From Octopus bimaculoides (taxonomy: Eukaryota), in NCBI RefSeq assembly GCF_001194135.2, contig NC_068984.1, forward strand, positions 70,343,867 through 70,385,023: a DNA stretch of 41,157 bases. The letters are read 5' to 3'. Under the pieces are notes generated by a model. That model made no database searches, was not told the origin of the DNA, and saw nothing but the letters and a program-made list of their open reading frames with translations. The position numbers were made by a program, and so were the translations under genes. Positions 1 through 11,467 of the stretch are shown here, one piece after another (the first letter of the stretch is position 1; each line of letters starts with the position of its first letter).

Positions 1-49
<49 letters not shown>

Positions 50-60
50 GATGCCATACA
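1..60. repeat. (TA)n/(CA)n microsatellite
   Basis: Pure TA run followed by CA/TA mixture. Confidence 0.95.
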
Positions 61-108
61 TTTATTTATACACATACACTTATGGATGTAATTATGAATA
101 AGAAACCT

Positions 109-304
109 GGATGACAGAGAAATAACAATTATATTATGAACTTCACTAGCTACCACCTGTTTCTTCAATAAGAGGCAATGCACTCATAGTTGAAGCTATA
201 GGGTGATATCCAGGCATTCATCTATGAGTGCATCGCATCTAATGGCAGAAACAGCTGTAAGGCTAATAAAGTTCATAGCATAATCGTTTATTCCTTTGTC
301 ATCC
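109..304. repeat. Long imperfect inverted repeat (fold-back/MITE-like)
   Basis: Arm 109-189 (GGATGACAGAGAAATAAC...GCACTCATAG) aligns with the reverse complement of 222-304 at roughly 78% identity by eye; 32-nt spacer. Confidence 0.8.
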
Positions 305-414
305 TAATATCTGCTCTGTACTAAGCTGATGCTTCATTCTGAAGAATATGTTTATTGAGTTCTAACACCTGGTTATTAGAATGCCATGCCTAAGCAAAAT
401 ATTGAAATATAATA

Positions 415-473
415 CACACATGCACACACATGTACATACATAATACATACATACATACATACATATATATGTA

Positions 474-513
<40 letters not shown>

Positions 514-575
514 CGTGTGTGTGTGTGTGTGTGTATATATATATGCATATATGTACATATGTTAGTATACATGTT
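415..575. repeat. Compound (CA)/(CATA)/(GT)/(TA) microsatellite
   Basis: Direct reading; source of ORFs 362-805, 376-558, 390-572 and 430-645. Confidence 0.95.
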
Positions 576-1290
576 TGTTTGCTTTGAGATAAATGTAATT
601 CCTTTTTTCCAGAATTCAAACCAGCGAGACAGCTTCTTTGTTTGATATAAGACAATTTCAGCAACATGTCAAAGTATTGGTGTGTTTTAATGTGCTCGTA
701 TATGTTGGTGAATATTGAATATACTTGCAGTAATATAATAAGTGTATATGTCACTTCGTTGCACTTGTGTAGTTTATTGCTGTTTATACATGTGTGTTTG
801 ATCACTGTTCATATATGTGTCATAAGCACGTATGGCTAATTTGTATATGTTCCTTCAACGAGTTTCAAATTGTATACTTTGAAATGTTTAGCAAATCTTC
901 ACTGTAACACTAATCGATTGAATTTGGAAGATGCAAGTCAGTTTGCTTTATTCCTTCCAGGAAAACGTAGTGTTTTCAGGATTTTCTTTAAATCTTTTGT
1001 TAAAACAGCCCATTACACATATAATAAATAGCTACAGATAAAAATCTACAGCATGAGTACAAAAGCTGTAAGATCCTCTTTAATTCGTTGTAGATATTCT
1101 ATTATTCCACAACTTTAGCAAGGGTATCTACATTTGTTGGGCTTTTGTTTCTTGTCCTATAGAATTATATCAGGTCTATTTCAGTTGTACCAGATTACTG
1201 TTTTTATAAATATTCTAATATTCTTCAATTTTCTGGAGTGGATACTTACTGGTTCAGATATACCTTTGGTGTGAATAGCATTGTAATTAA
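575..1290 (-). mobile_element. Decayed 3' end of a non-LTR retrotransposon with restriction-like endonuclease (R2/R4/NeSL-type)
   Basis: Minus-strand translation gives NRPDIIL*DKKQK (RLE PD motif), then TKDLKKILKTL and, after a frameshift, FQIQSISVTVKIC*TFQ; a 3' UTR-like stretch runs into the microsatellite. Stops and frameshifts present. Confidence 0.6.
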
Positions 1291-1294
1291 TTTA

Positions 1295-1870
1295 GAAACA
1301 CTAAATTTGTTCCCTTACTCATTGCTGACACTCACCTCTCAACTTGATAACTGCATCTCTGGACAAAACTTATGTGGCTCTCATAAGCCATTCACCTACC
1401 CTTAGCTTCCTTAGAAACCACCAGATCACAAAGGAAGGAACCCAGTCAAAGTCCTTCTTTGGTTCAACGAATGTTAGAAACAGTGTTTTACTTCTAGTTA
1501 AGTACTACTGCTGTTGTCCTACTAGGAAGCAATTTTTCCTTGTAAAAAACAAAACTGCATCTCAGCCTAATCAGTTAAGCTGTAACCATTTCTATTAATT
1601 TCCTAACCAGGTCTAATAGTAATTTCCTCTTTCTAGTGCATTGTTTGCCCTTGTAACAGTGGATGTTGCTTAAATAATTATCACACTTGTTTGTGCTATC
1701 TGATTGACTATGCAAGTGTCTATCATGTACCTAGCCCTACAGTATAAGCATCTCAACAGTAACTCCTGATGGACTGGGTGCCTTCTTTGCCTTTATATCT
1801 AAATTGCTCTATCTCCTCAATCATAATGCTGCCAAATTGAATACCATCTGTCAATTTCAAATCACTGCAT
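1295..1870 (-). mobile_element. RTE-clade LINE reverse transcriptase fragment (pseudogenised)
   Basis: Minus strand: KAPSPSGVTVEML, IVNQIA, CYKGK..ALERGNY, EMQFCF, LFLTFVEPKKDFDWVPSFVIWWFLRKLRVGEWLMRA; matches early RT motifs (KAPG.SG, NYRGI, QFGF, FVDxEKAFD); ends before YADD. Confidence 0.8.
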
Positions 1871-2404
1871 ATAGTTTAACCAAAGGTTACTGTGCAAGTG
1901 ATATGTTCAGTGAATAAACAGAAATACAGATATATGTTTTTTATTGTACATGTTTATATACTTGTTTCTGGGTATGTATTTATATATTTCTGTGTATGTG
2001 AGGTTATGTGTGCATATGTATATATTAGATACATGTGTTATGCATACCTGTTTATCTTTCTAGCTTGCTAATAGTATGTGTGGGTATGTTGTGTACCTTA
2101 AGTATGAAACACGCTGCTTGTAGTAAGCATTCATCTCATGAGAAACTTGACAATTATATTTTCAGTACAATTTAGACAGTTTTATAGAACTCAATCATGA
2201 TTTCAATAATTTGCAAAACATGAATGCACAACATCAATCATCAAAATTGTGTTCTTTTGACTGTCAAAATATGAAGAAAAATCATAAATTATATAAGTGC
2301 ATTGCAGCAAATTTGTTCAATTTAATAAAACTTAAAACTTGTATTGTAACACATTTAAATAAATATTGGGCTTTTTTATTTTTGTTATATTCATATGTTT
2401 AATT

Positions 2405-2545
2405 AATCATACACACACACACGCCCACACATATGCACACACACGCACACATTCACACACAATTTATGCATATATATGTGTGTGTTATATGTGTGTGTAT
2501 ACATGCACATATATGTGAGTATAGACATGTGTGTGTATATACATA

Positions 2546-2582
<37 letters not shown>

Positions 2583-2700
2583 GCATACACACATACATAT
2601 GAGTATGTATATATATGTATGTATGTATGCATATATTTATATATACGTGCTCTCACATATATATGCATATGCATACACACACTGATATACATATACAAAA
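2405..2700. repeat. Compound (CA)/(TA)/(TG) microsatellite
   Basis: Direct reading. Confidence 0.95.
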
Positions 2701-4248
2701 TGAATTTACAGACTCTTCTAATTTCAGTATTTCATTTAATATAATTATTTCTGGTTCAATGTTATAAAAGAATACTCATAATTCTTTCCATCTGAAAAAC
2801 AAAAATTAAATACAAATTTACTTTGTTAGGTTAATTTGATTTGTCAACAAAATCAATTCATTTCTATCAGTGGTTTTAATCATTCTTCTGTCATTTGTTA
2901 GTATAATGATGTGTTATGGGAGCATGGTGTCTGTTAGGTTAAGGTTCTGGGCTACCAACCAGACTGACTTTTATTAAACCTTATAACTATCGACATTTTA
3001 TTCTGCTTCTGGTTCTAAATACAGATAAATATGTTGTGCCGCCTGATGGCCTTACATACATCTTTCATTTCTATTTCATATTTTACAGTCTAACATCATA
3101 ACATACAGTATTTAATTACTGTAGAAAAACAATTACTCTCAAGCCATTGAGGTGTTTTTTTAAAAATAGCACCAAATTTTTATCAAAGTACATCCTCCCA
3201 TATTAAAAGAGGGAAAAGTACATTTAATAAATTATTCCAGTATACATTTTCTAATCAAAATCAGATGTTTATTGTTGAAATACTTACTCTTGTAAGTCTG
3301 CTTAATCTCATACTAGCCTGGGGTTAACAACATGCTCAAATAATTGCCCCAGTAACATGTAAATGCATGAGAAAACAATTCAGAATCCTCATGGGTGTAG
3401 GGGTCTGATCATGATTTATGTATGCTGTGGCATGCTATCAAGGAATAAATATTATAGGGCCCAGGGCATTGAATTGCCAAGAGATGTATAATGCTACTAA
3501 AATGGCTCTGGTTTCTGCTTGTATTAGCAAAAATCTTTGCACTTGAATTTTCAGATATGTCTGCCATGATACTGTGAAATAGATATAACTCAATAGAACC
3601 AAATAAATACAAATTGTTTAATTATTATGCTACACTACTCTACGTCAGATGACAATCTATTTTATGTATGTAAATATACTTAATCTTTCTGTCAGATTTG
3701 TTTTCCAATTAAGACCTAAGTCAATGAGACTGATATAGGTGTGAAGAATGAAAGACACACCATAGGTCAGTCAATGTATGTTACTATTGTAATCAACAAA
3801 AGTGCTATATGACAGTTGGCTTTCAACTAAGCTGAAGGGCAATTATTTTTGTTCTGGGAAATGAATATACAATTGAATCAAACTAAATACATTAATTTTT
3901 AACACTGGTACAATGACTCACATTTGAGAAGATGTGTAAAATTGATTAAATTAACTCCAGCACTTCACTGTTGCTTTTTTTTCTTTTTCTTCCCTGTTGA
4001 ATGATGAAAAGCAAAGCAAACTTTGGTGGCATTTGAAATTAAAACATAAGGAAATGTAACTAACTACTGCATAGCAATTTGTTTGATTTTGGAGGTGTAC
4101 TTGCCATGCAAGTCATTTGATCTGAGATTGTGTGTTGAAACTAAAAACAATTATAGCGTGGATGACATATATTAAACATGGAAAAACACACTCAAGAACT
4201 GTTAACTTTACTTAAACTTTTATTATTTGATCTTGAAATTTTCATCAT

Positions 4249-4320
4249 ACCAACTGCAACTTAGTCACTGATACGATTTCACTGCAGTGAAATTGCATCA
4301 GTGACCAGGTCATAGTTGGT
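4249..4320. repeat. Palindrome: 42-bp core plus imperfect extension
   Basis: 4264-4305 GTCACTGAT-ACG-ATTTCACTG|CAGTGAAAT-TGC-ATCAGTGAC is self-complementary with 2 mismatched pairs; ACCAACT/AGTTGGT pair further out. Confidence 0.85.
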
Positions 4321-4989
4321 GCAATGTTTAATTAATGTTTATGTGAAATTAACAGTCTTTGAATCTGCTTGATGTTCTATGAACACCTACGAATCCAACA
4401 CCTGCTAAAATTAAATTGAGCCCTGTTGCTTATTTGCTTGACTCCAGAAGACAGTTGATACTTACCAAATCCTATGAATATCAACAAAGTAGGCCTCAAT
4501 TGAAGACAAAATGTAAAAAGTGTAACTAAATAACACATGGCCTTTTCTCTGCTGCTTCACTGATTCTGTTGATTCATTCTTCAAGGCATAATGTTCTTCC
4601 TGGAATGAGAACAGACCAAATTTTTCCCAGTAAAATGGGAATGTTAAGTCAGATATTAGTGGCTATGTACAATAAGGATGTATAGAATGATACTATTTTA
4701 ACTTGCTAGTTCCTTAAAAGGTTGATTAGTACTTTCTTAGAATGTTGTACAGAAATCACGACATTACTTATGACTTGAGTATACAATAGAACACCATCCT
4801 TTTGGCCAACCCTCAAGAGATTCTCACCAGGAATTTAATCTCTTCAACAACTACAAATGTCAAGCTAATGAGAGAGTTTCTATGTAGCTGTTTGGCTTCT
4901 TAGAAATTGCTGATAAATCACCTTCAAATATATGCCCTAAAATCTTAAAAAGGGATGGACAGTGTGCACAATATAATTCTCCAGATATA

Positions 4990-5137
4990 TTAAAAGACAG
5001 GATACTCATGGTTGGAACACTTTTTATCATAGGTTTTCTCAATCAAAGCTGAGGTTAAAAAGCTGTTGTTGTTTAACCCCAGATCTATTTAATCAAGGTT
5101 GACCTGAGATTAAACAACAATAGTCTTTTAACTTCAG
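4990..5137. repeat. Unclassified interspersed repeat end rearranged into a 37-bp-arm hairpin
   Basis: 5049-5085 vs reverse complement of 5101-5137: 30/37 identical, ungapped; related TTTAGCCCCAG-type motifs recur near 7195 and 37605. Confidence 0.7.
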
Positions 5138-5159
5138 TTGCAATTTGATAGTTGAAATA

Positions 5160-5760
5160 ATAATATGTATAAGTAGAGACTTCTTAAAGACTGATGTTTT
5201 AGGAAGTAAGGACTAAACACAATGGTTAGTGTGAGATCTGGGGTTGGTTACAATTTAAGTCGTGAGAGTTCAAGGGATGAGTGAACTGGAAATTCCTGAG
5301 TGGAAATACTCAAGTCTAACATGTTCCAGGGAACAGAATCCACTGTTGTAGCATTAAATAGGGTAAAGAAGGGGTACAACATGGCTGTTGGCTTATGGTT
5401 AATGGAGGGTGTTGGTGAGTGGCTTCATGAAAATCAGTTGAATAATCTTCTTTATGATGTATGTAGGTGTTTGCTTGTGTAATATGAGCACTGTTTCAGA
5501 TGTAGGAGCAATTTTGTATTGTAAATCTTACATTTACTTTGTAAAGTGTTAGTAATCACTGAGAGCTGGATCATTTTCTCATTTTGAAGATGAGAAACTG
5601 TCTCTGAGGTGCTGTCTTTGTTATGCTGTGGGGGAGAGATTATCAGTGATGGTGAAGCCGGCATTTGAAATAAATAATAGGGTCTTTGCAATGCACTAAT
5701 CATTTTGTAGGGTAAATGAGAGCTAATAAAATTTTTCTTAATATGTAACATGATGTAATG
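5160..5760 (-). mobile_element. Decayed 3' part of an APE-type LINE (Jockey/CR1/I-like)
   Basis: Minus strand: YKIAPT...YIIKKIIQLIFMKPLTNTLH*P*ANSHVV...CYNSGFCSLE...PRSHTNHCV*SLLPKTS, resembling the post-RT C-terminus of these LINEs; many stops. Confidence 0.5.
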
Positions 5761-6189
5761 AAATTTTTTTCTGCTGCTGAAGAAGACATGATTGCATGAT
5801 ACCATTAAAGAAGGAATGATTATCTATATCCATTCCTCAAATTTGAGGCTTTGTTTCTTCATGAAAAATCGTTATTTATATAGCACAATAAATTTTGCTG
5901 TGATTTATTATTCATTATTAAATCGAATAAATCTTTTAAATTATTTTTGCAAGTTGAATAAGATACTATATACAAACTGGCATGAAATCAATTGCTGATA
6001 TGGATTTAAAAAGTGTGTATAGTTTGTGCCTGGTATTTGGGAAAAAGAGTGAGCCATAAATGAAAGATGACCTAATATAATACAGTGCAGCATGTACTGC
6101 ATTTTAAAGGATAAACCAGCAGCAATGGCATGGCAAATTCCAATTGACAGAAGAGAAATAAAAAGCACACAGTGATCATGGTTTTAACT

Positions 6190-6750
6190 GCTAACTACAG
6201 CAAGGAGCACAAAGAAAATTAAGTTCTGGAACGTTGTTGGTTGCGCAGGATTTGGAAAGAGTTAGAGGCTGATGACAGAGATGTGTCATCTTGGGCTAAG
6301 ACAAAGAAACACAATCAATAGCCAGACATTATCAGGATGACCAATCTCTTCCAGGAAAAGCCACGATATCATCAACAACAATCCAAGCAAATTATTGAGA
6401 GTCTCCAGGGAACACACAAGGTAGCAGAGTCTACTCTCATATTTGTAGTACATGAGAACATTAGATATAAGTGGAATGTAATGAGAAGACAGTTCATGCC
6501 CAGCAGGTCTTTGGAGAACAGTGTGAAGATGTAATCCCTAGCATCCTGTGACCTCCCAGCTCTGCTGATTTGAAGCCCTTGATTACTGCATCTGAGGGAT
6601 CATTATGTGGGGGTAGAAAAACTGGTTGGTGGTTCCACAGTTCTAAGAACTCATTAAATAGCTGCACTGTATGGATGAGGTATACCAGAGCATGGCATGC
6701 AGTCATTTTCATGGACGTTTACAGGTTAATTTTGTTTCTTTGATGGATCT
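6190..6750 (+). mobile_element. Internally deleted Tc1/mariner transposase remnant
   Basis: VAESTLIFVVHENIRYKWNVMRRQFM (HTH region) and *PPSSADLKPLDYCI*G (decayed WPPSSPDLNPLDY.VWG). Confidence 0.6.
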
Positions 6751-7490
6751 AGTTAAATTTATGTAGTTTTACAGGGAGTATGCTGTTTTTCTTGCCTTTT
6801 GTTTTCCTTACGTTTTGATTTGACACATCTTGTATACAATATATATTTCTAGAGAACCAATACATACTGGATTATGAATAAATAAATATACTGTCTTATA
6901 ATCTACATATATTTAATTTTACTGTGAAATTTAGCCCACAAGTACCATTGCAATAGAACTAAACTGATCATTTTAATTTCTATTTCCCAATTCATCAAGA
7001 TTTGCTTGCCCTTTCAAACTGCTAATAATTGTGTAGGGCTACTAATTAAAAAAACATAAATGTACGTTTTGACTGACTATGATTGACACAGTTTATTTAT
7101 ATAATGACACAAGATTAATGCTTGAATAATAATCACTATAGTACCAGTACAGCATGGGTTATGTGTATATGAATACACAGAATAATGTTGCTGTTTAGCC
7201 CCAGGCCAGCCCTAACCATGTAAACGTCTGATTAGCAGGTATTTTAGTTATGACTATCCTGTATTTCTAATAGACAATATATGTAGGAGCATATTCTCCA
7301 AAGAATTATTCAAATAAGTTGCTATGATTTGAATAAGACTTAATAGCTTTATTTCATAAGTTAAGTGACTGCATAAAGGCTTCTCTCATTAGCTAAGTAT
7401 ATCTACAACTATTTAGTATAACTATTGAATCAGGGCCACAAAGTGGTTGAATTGAGTTTTTTTTTTTAATAACAAATATGAGACAAAACA

Positions 7491-7715
7491 TTCTTTTCTA
7501 CACTAGGCACAAGGCCCGAAATTTTTAGAGGAGGGGTCCAGTCGATTAGATCGACTCCAGTACGCAACTGGTACTTAATTTATTGATCCTGAAAGAATGA
7601 AAGTCAAATTTGAATTCAGAACTCAGCAGAATTTGAACTTAGAATGTAAAGACAGACGAAATACCGCTAAACATTTCAGCTGGTGTGCTAACGTTTCTGC
7701 CAGCTCACCACCTTA
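7491..7715 (-). mobile_element. tRNA-headed SINE, family A, tail type 1
   Basis: Reverse complement has A-box-like TGGCAGAAACGTTAG, B-box-like GTTCAAATTC, body AAATTAAGTACCAGT and tail GGGCCTTGTGCCTAGTGTAGAAAAG; many similar copies in the window. Confidence 0.9.
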
Positions 7716-9141
7716 TATGAGACAAAATATTGATGTTGATATAATACAAAGATCTAAAAACCTTTGAAGAGCCCCAACATGTCCAAGACCAACCACTTAA
7801 GGCAATAATTTAAATGACCATTTTAATGCATAAGGCAGTTTTGTGATTATAGTGGTAAATCAAGCATGGTATATGGAGAAACTATGAATTCAAAGAGGAC
7901 TAACATTACTAGTGACAGTAATTCTTTGTTGCTTATTTTTTCATTGTTGTTTACTTTTTCATACTTGCATGAATAAGATGGTGTGTTTAATGACACATTT
8001 GTAGCCATTCAACGATGATGTTGTAGGAGTGAAACATATTATGTAATCTTTATAAATGACCATTGCTAAGCTGACTGTGAGAATTACTAGTGACCAAGTA
8101 GGACCAAGAGAAACAAGGAGTAGGAGACAAAAATGAAATCATATCTTACAAGATCTAGGTTTTATGTATGAAACCATTTCAGATGAGGGTCAGTAATATT
8201 GCATGACCTCTACTGGTCAATTTTGATCATGACTTGGCAGATGTCGGTGCCTGCTTGGGCATGATTATTTTTTTTAGGAAGTCTGTCTGTGGCCTATTCA
8301 TAAAAGTCTCCCCACTTCACATTACTGTTATACATCTAAAGAAAGATTGCTGACTCGGGCTGATACAGGTGGGAATCAATGTCATCACAGGTATTGCAAT
8401 CAAACCACATAAAGTCAGAACAGACACAACAAGTTACCTCCCTACCCTGCATTGATACAATATCATGTATAAAATAAATAAAACATAAAAAAATATCCTT
8501 ATTGGGATTTGAACTCAGCACAAAGAGAGTCAGAGCAAATACTGCAAAACATTCTAACACACTAACAGCTCTGCCCATTCACTTCCTTGCAATGGCATTA
8601 AGCTATACTAAAAACCATTGTAGGAAAATAGGCATTCAAATGAAGACAACAACAATAAGGATGATGATAGCAGCAACAGTGGTGATGGAATGATGATCAT
8701 CATCAGCAGCACTATCATAAGGATGATTTTGTTTTCCTTTGTTTCCTTTTTGTTTTCATGGCAAGATGTATTGCATTTAGTAATATTTGTGGTTTCAGAT
8801 TCTATTCATTGACTGTTTTAGAACTATTATTATATTATATCAAATATTGGAGGCCTTTTAGTGTAGAGTATGAGGATATTACTGAATATTAGGTATGGTT
8901 CATGATGTTCTTAGGTGTTACATGTGAGAAGTTCATTGGTATACTGGTGCAAATCCAAATCTAATTTTCTCAAACCAAGTTTCCATTTCCCAAATACTGA
9001 TTGTGTCAGATGCGTGATACTGTCTGATTGTGAAGCATAAAGGGTCGAAGTTGCAATGGCTTCAAAAGGCTTGTGAAGAGTGAAAAAAAAAAAGAAAAAA
9101 ATGCATTATTCCATAGCTAGCTAATCTAAATGTGATTTCAG

Positions 9142-9200
9142 GTCATCTAAAAAGGTTGATAGAAAAGTCAAAGCACCTAATGCTTCTTATGTGAGAGAAG
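9142..9200 (+). CDS. Candidate internal coding exon (59 nt), unknown product
   Basis: gtgatttcAG acceptor, AAG|gtaaaa donor, one open frame (SSKKVDRKVKAPNASYVRE); no homology recognised. Confidence 0.2.
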
Positions 9201-9589
9201 GTAAAAACAGAGTATATGTATGTTCGATGAGAATAAACAAGGAAAATTGAGAAATGTAAATGATTAGCAAGATGATAGTACAGTATAGAGAAACTGATAT
9301 CATAGCATTGGGATTAAGAGAATAAATTATTTAATAATTTCAATGCCAACCCATTTGCGACTACTTCTATATCTATGATGCAAAACTACAAATGTTAAAT
9401 TATTCTTATCCAAATGAAAGAGAAACCTTCCACTGCATAACTTTGCTAGGTAATGTTCAATACAAGGGCTTGATAAAAAAAAGGAAAGAAAATCTAATTA
9501 ATTTCATATAAATGCTTGATTATTCACAAACTATACTGAAACACTGCAACAAAGTATTAAAAATATTGTTTCTTATTTAGGCTCAAGAC

Positions 9590-9745
9590 CACTAAATTTG
9601 AGAGGACAGGTTAGTCGATAACATCGACTCTATTACTTGAAAAGTACTTTATTTTATCAACGACCAAAGGGATGAAAAGCATGATTGACCTTAATGGGAT
9701 TTAAACTCAGAATGTAAAGCATCAGAATACAATGCATCAGAAATA
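9590..9745 (-). mobile_element. Degenerate family A SINE fragment
   Basis: GTCGATAACATCGAC, GATGAAA and AACTCAGAATGTAAAG match the reverse complement of the family A body. Confidence 0.6.
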
Positions 9746-9974
9746 TAGTCACAAAAGAGTTAACGTATAACTAACTATACATTCATAAGACTAAAATAAA
9801 ACTAATGTTTTATCTCACTGGGAAAAGAGTAGTATCCTTTAAAAGATGTCATGAACTTATTTTGTAGTTCTATAAACTCAGATTTCTTCATGTAACCATT
9901 GGTGTGAATCCTTTTATTTTGTTATGATGTTTTGGGAAAAAAAAAGTTTGTATTGCAAATAGAAAAGCAAGATA

Positions 9975-10355
9975 TGTGTATATGTGTATGTATATGCGTG
10001 TATATATTTCCATATATATGTATGCATATATATATGTGTTTGTAAATATATGCATTATGTACATATGTATGTTTGTGTGTGTGTGTGAGCGTGTGTGTGT
10101 GTATATGTATATATATATATATATACTTATATATATATATANNNNNNNNNNNNNNNNNNNNNNNNNNNNNNNNNNNNNNNNNNNNNNNNNNNNNNNNNNN
10201 NNNNNNNNNNNNNNNNNNNNNNNNNNNNNNNNNNNNNNNNNNNNNNNNNNNNNNNNNNNNNNNNNNNNNNNNNNNNNNNNNNNNNNNNNNNNNNNNNNNN
10301 NNNNNNNNNNNNNNNNNNNNNNNNNNNNNNNNNNNNNTATATGCATATATATATG

Positions 10356-10386
<31 letters not shown>

Positions 10387-10430
10387 ATGTATACATACAC
10401 ATACACACACACATATATATACATACATAG
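9975..10430. repeat. TA/TG/CA microsatellite spanning assembly gap 10142-10337
   Basis: Direct reading; 196 N. Confidence 0.95.
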
Positions 10431-10699
10431 AAATATTTAAATCAGTTATGTTTCTGCACATTAAATGTTTCAAAACTATTACAGTGTGATCAAAAACTTA
10501 TTCCCAACAAAGGTGATATACTAAAGAATGAAAAAGTAAAAGTAAAAGAATACAATAAAAAAATAAACAAAATGTTTTTCACGAAAATATAATGCTGAAA
10601 AAACCGAAAATGATATATATAAATATATAATTAAATTATTCATACTCTGTGGAATTGAGAATTTTTTCTTTCATTTGTTACTATTAACTCATAAACACA

Positions 10700-10724
10700 T
10701 ACATATGCATGTATATTATATATG

Positions 10725-10756
<32 letters not shown>

Positions 10757-11380
10757 TGTATGTACACTCACAAACACACACATATACATATACATATATA
10801 NNNNNNNNNNNNNNNNNNNNNNNNNNNNNNNNNNNNNNNNNNNNNNNNNNNNNNNNNNNNNNNNNNNNNNNNNNNNNNNNNNNNNNNNNNNNNNNNNNNN
10901 NNNNNNNNNNNNNNNNNNNNNNNNNNNNNNNNNNNNNNNNNNNNNNNNNNNNNNNNNNNNNNNNNNNNNNNNNNNNNNNNNNNNNNNNNNNNNNNNNNNN
11001 NNNNNNNNNNNNNNNNNNNNNNNNNNNNNNNNNNNNNNNNNNNNNNNNNNNNNNNNNNNNNNNNNNNNNNNNNNNNNNNNNNNNNNNNNNNNNNNNNNNN
11101 NNNNNNNNNNNNNNNNNNNNNNNNNNNNNNNNNNNNNNNNNNNNNNNNNNNNNNNNNNNNNNNNNNNNNNNNNNNNNNNNNNNNNNNNNNNNNNNNNNNN
11201 NNNNNNNNNNNNNNNNNNNNNNNNNNNNNNNNNNNNNNNNNNNNNNNNNNNNNNNNNNNNNNNNNNNNNNNNNNNNNNNNNNNNNNNNNNNNNNNNNNNN
11301 NNNNNNNNNNNNNNNNNNNNNNNNNNNNNNNNNNNNNNNNNNNNNNNNNNNNNNNNNNNNNNNNNTCTGTATCTGTGTGT
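10700..11380. repeat. (TATG)n/(CA/TA) microsatellite and assembly gap 10801-11365
   Basis: Direct reading; 565 N. Confidence 0.95.
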
Positions 11381-11439
11381 GCATGATAGTACACATGTGA
11401 TAAGGTTCATTTGTGTGAGTTTTTCTTTTTTTGTTGGAC

Positions 11440-11467
11440 CATGAGTGCATGGACCCATGCACTCATG
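11440..11467. repeat. Perfect 13-bp-arm inverted repeat
   Basis: CATGAGTGCATGG-AC-CCATGCACTCATG. Confidence 0.9.

Noticed and set aside
222-265. Hammerhead-like GAAAC-AGCT-GTA in the right arm of the fold-back
   Set aside because: The upstream core is CTATGAG in both arms (no G5), the G10.1-C11.1 pair is absent and no stem I forms; too weak to call
362-2744. Long H/T/Y/I/C/V/M-rich ORFs (362-805, 376-645, 2403-2744)
   Set aside because: Translations of CA/TA/TG microsatellites, open in several frames
4466-4599. Minus-strand exon candidate with ttccAG acceptor and G|gtaagt donor
   Set aside because: Peptide unrecognisable, no supporting chain of minus-strand exons; a perfect donor alone is expected by chance in 41 kb
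7491-7715. tRNA-like A/B boxes as tRNA genes (also at 12811, 19968, 29430)
   Set aside because: They are diverged SINE heads followed by common body and tail sequence; no cloverleaf supported
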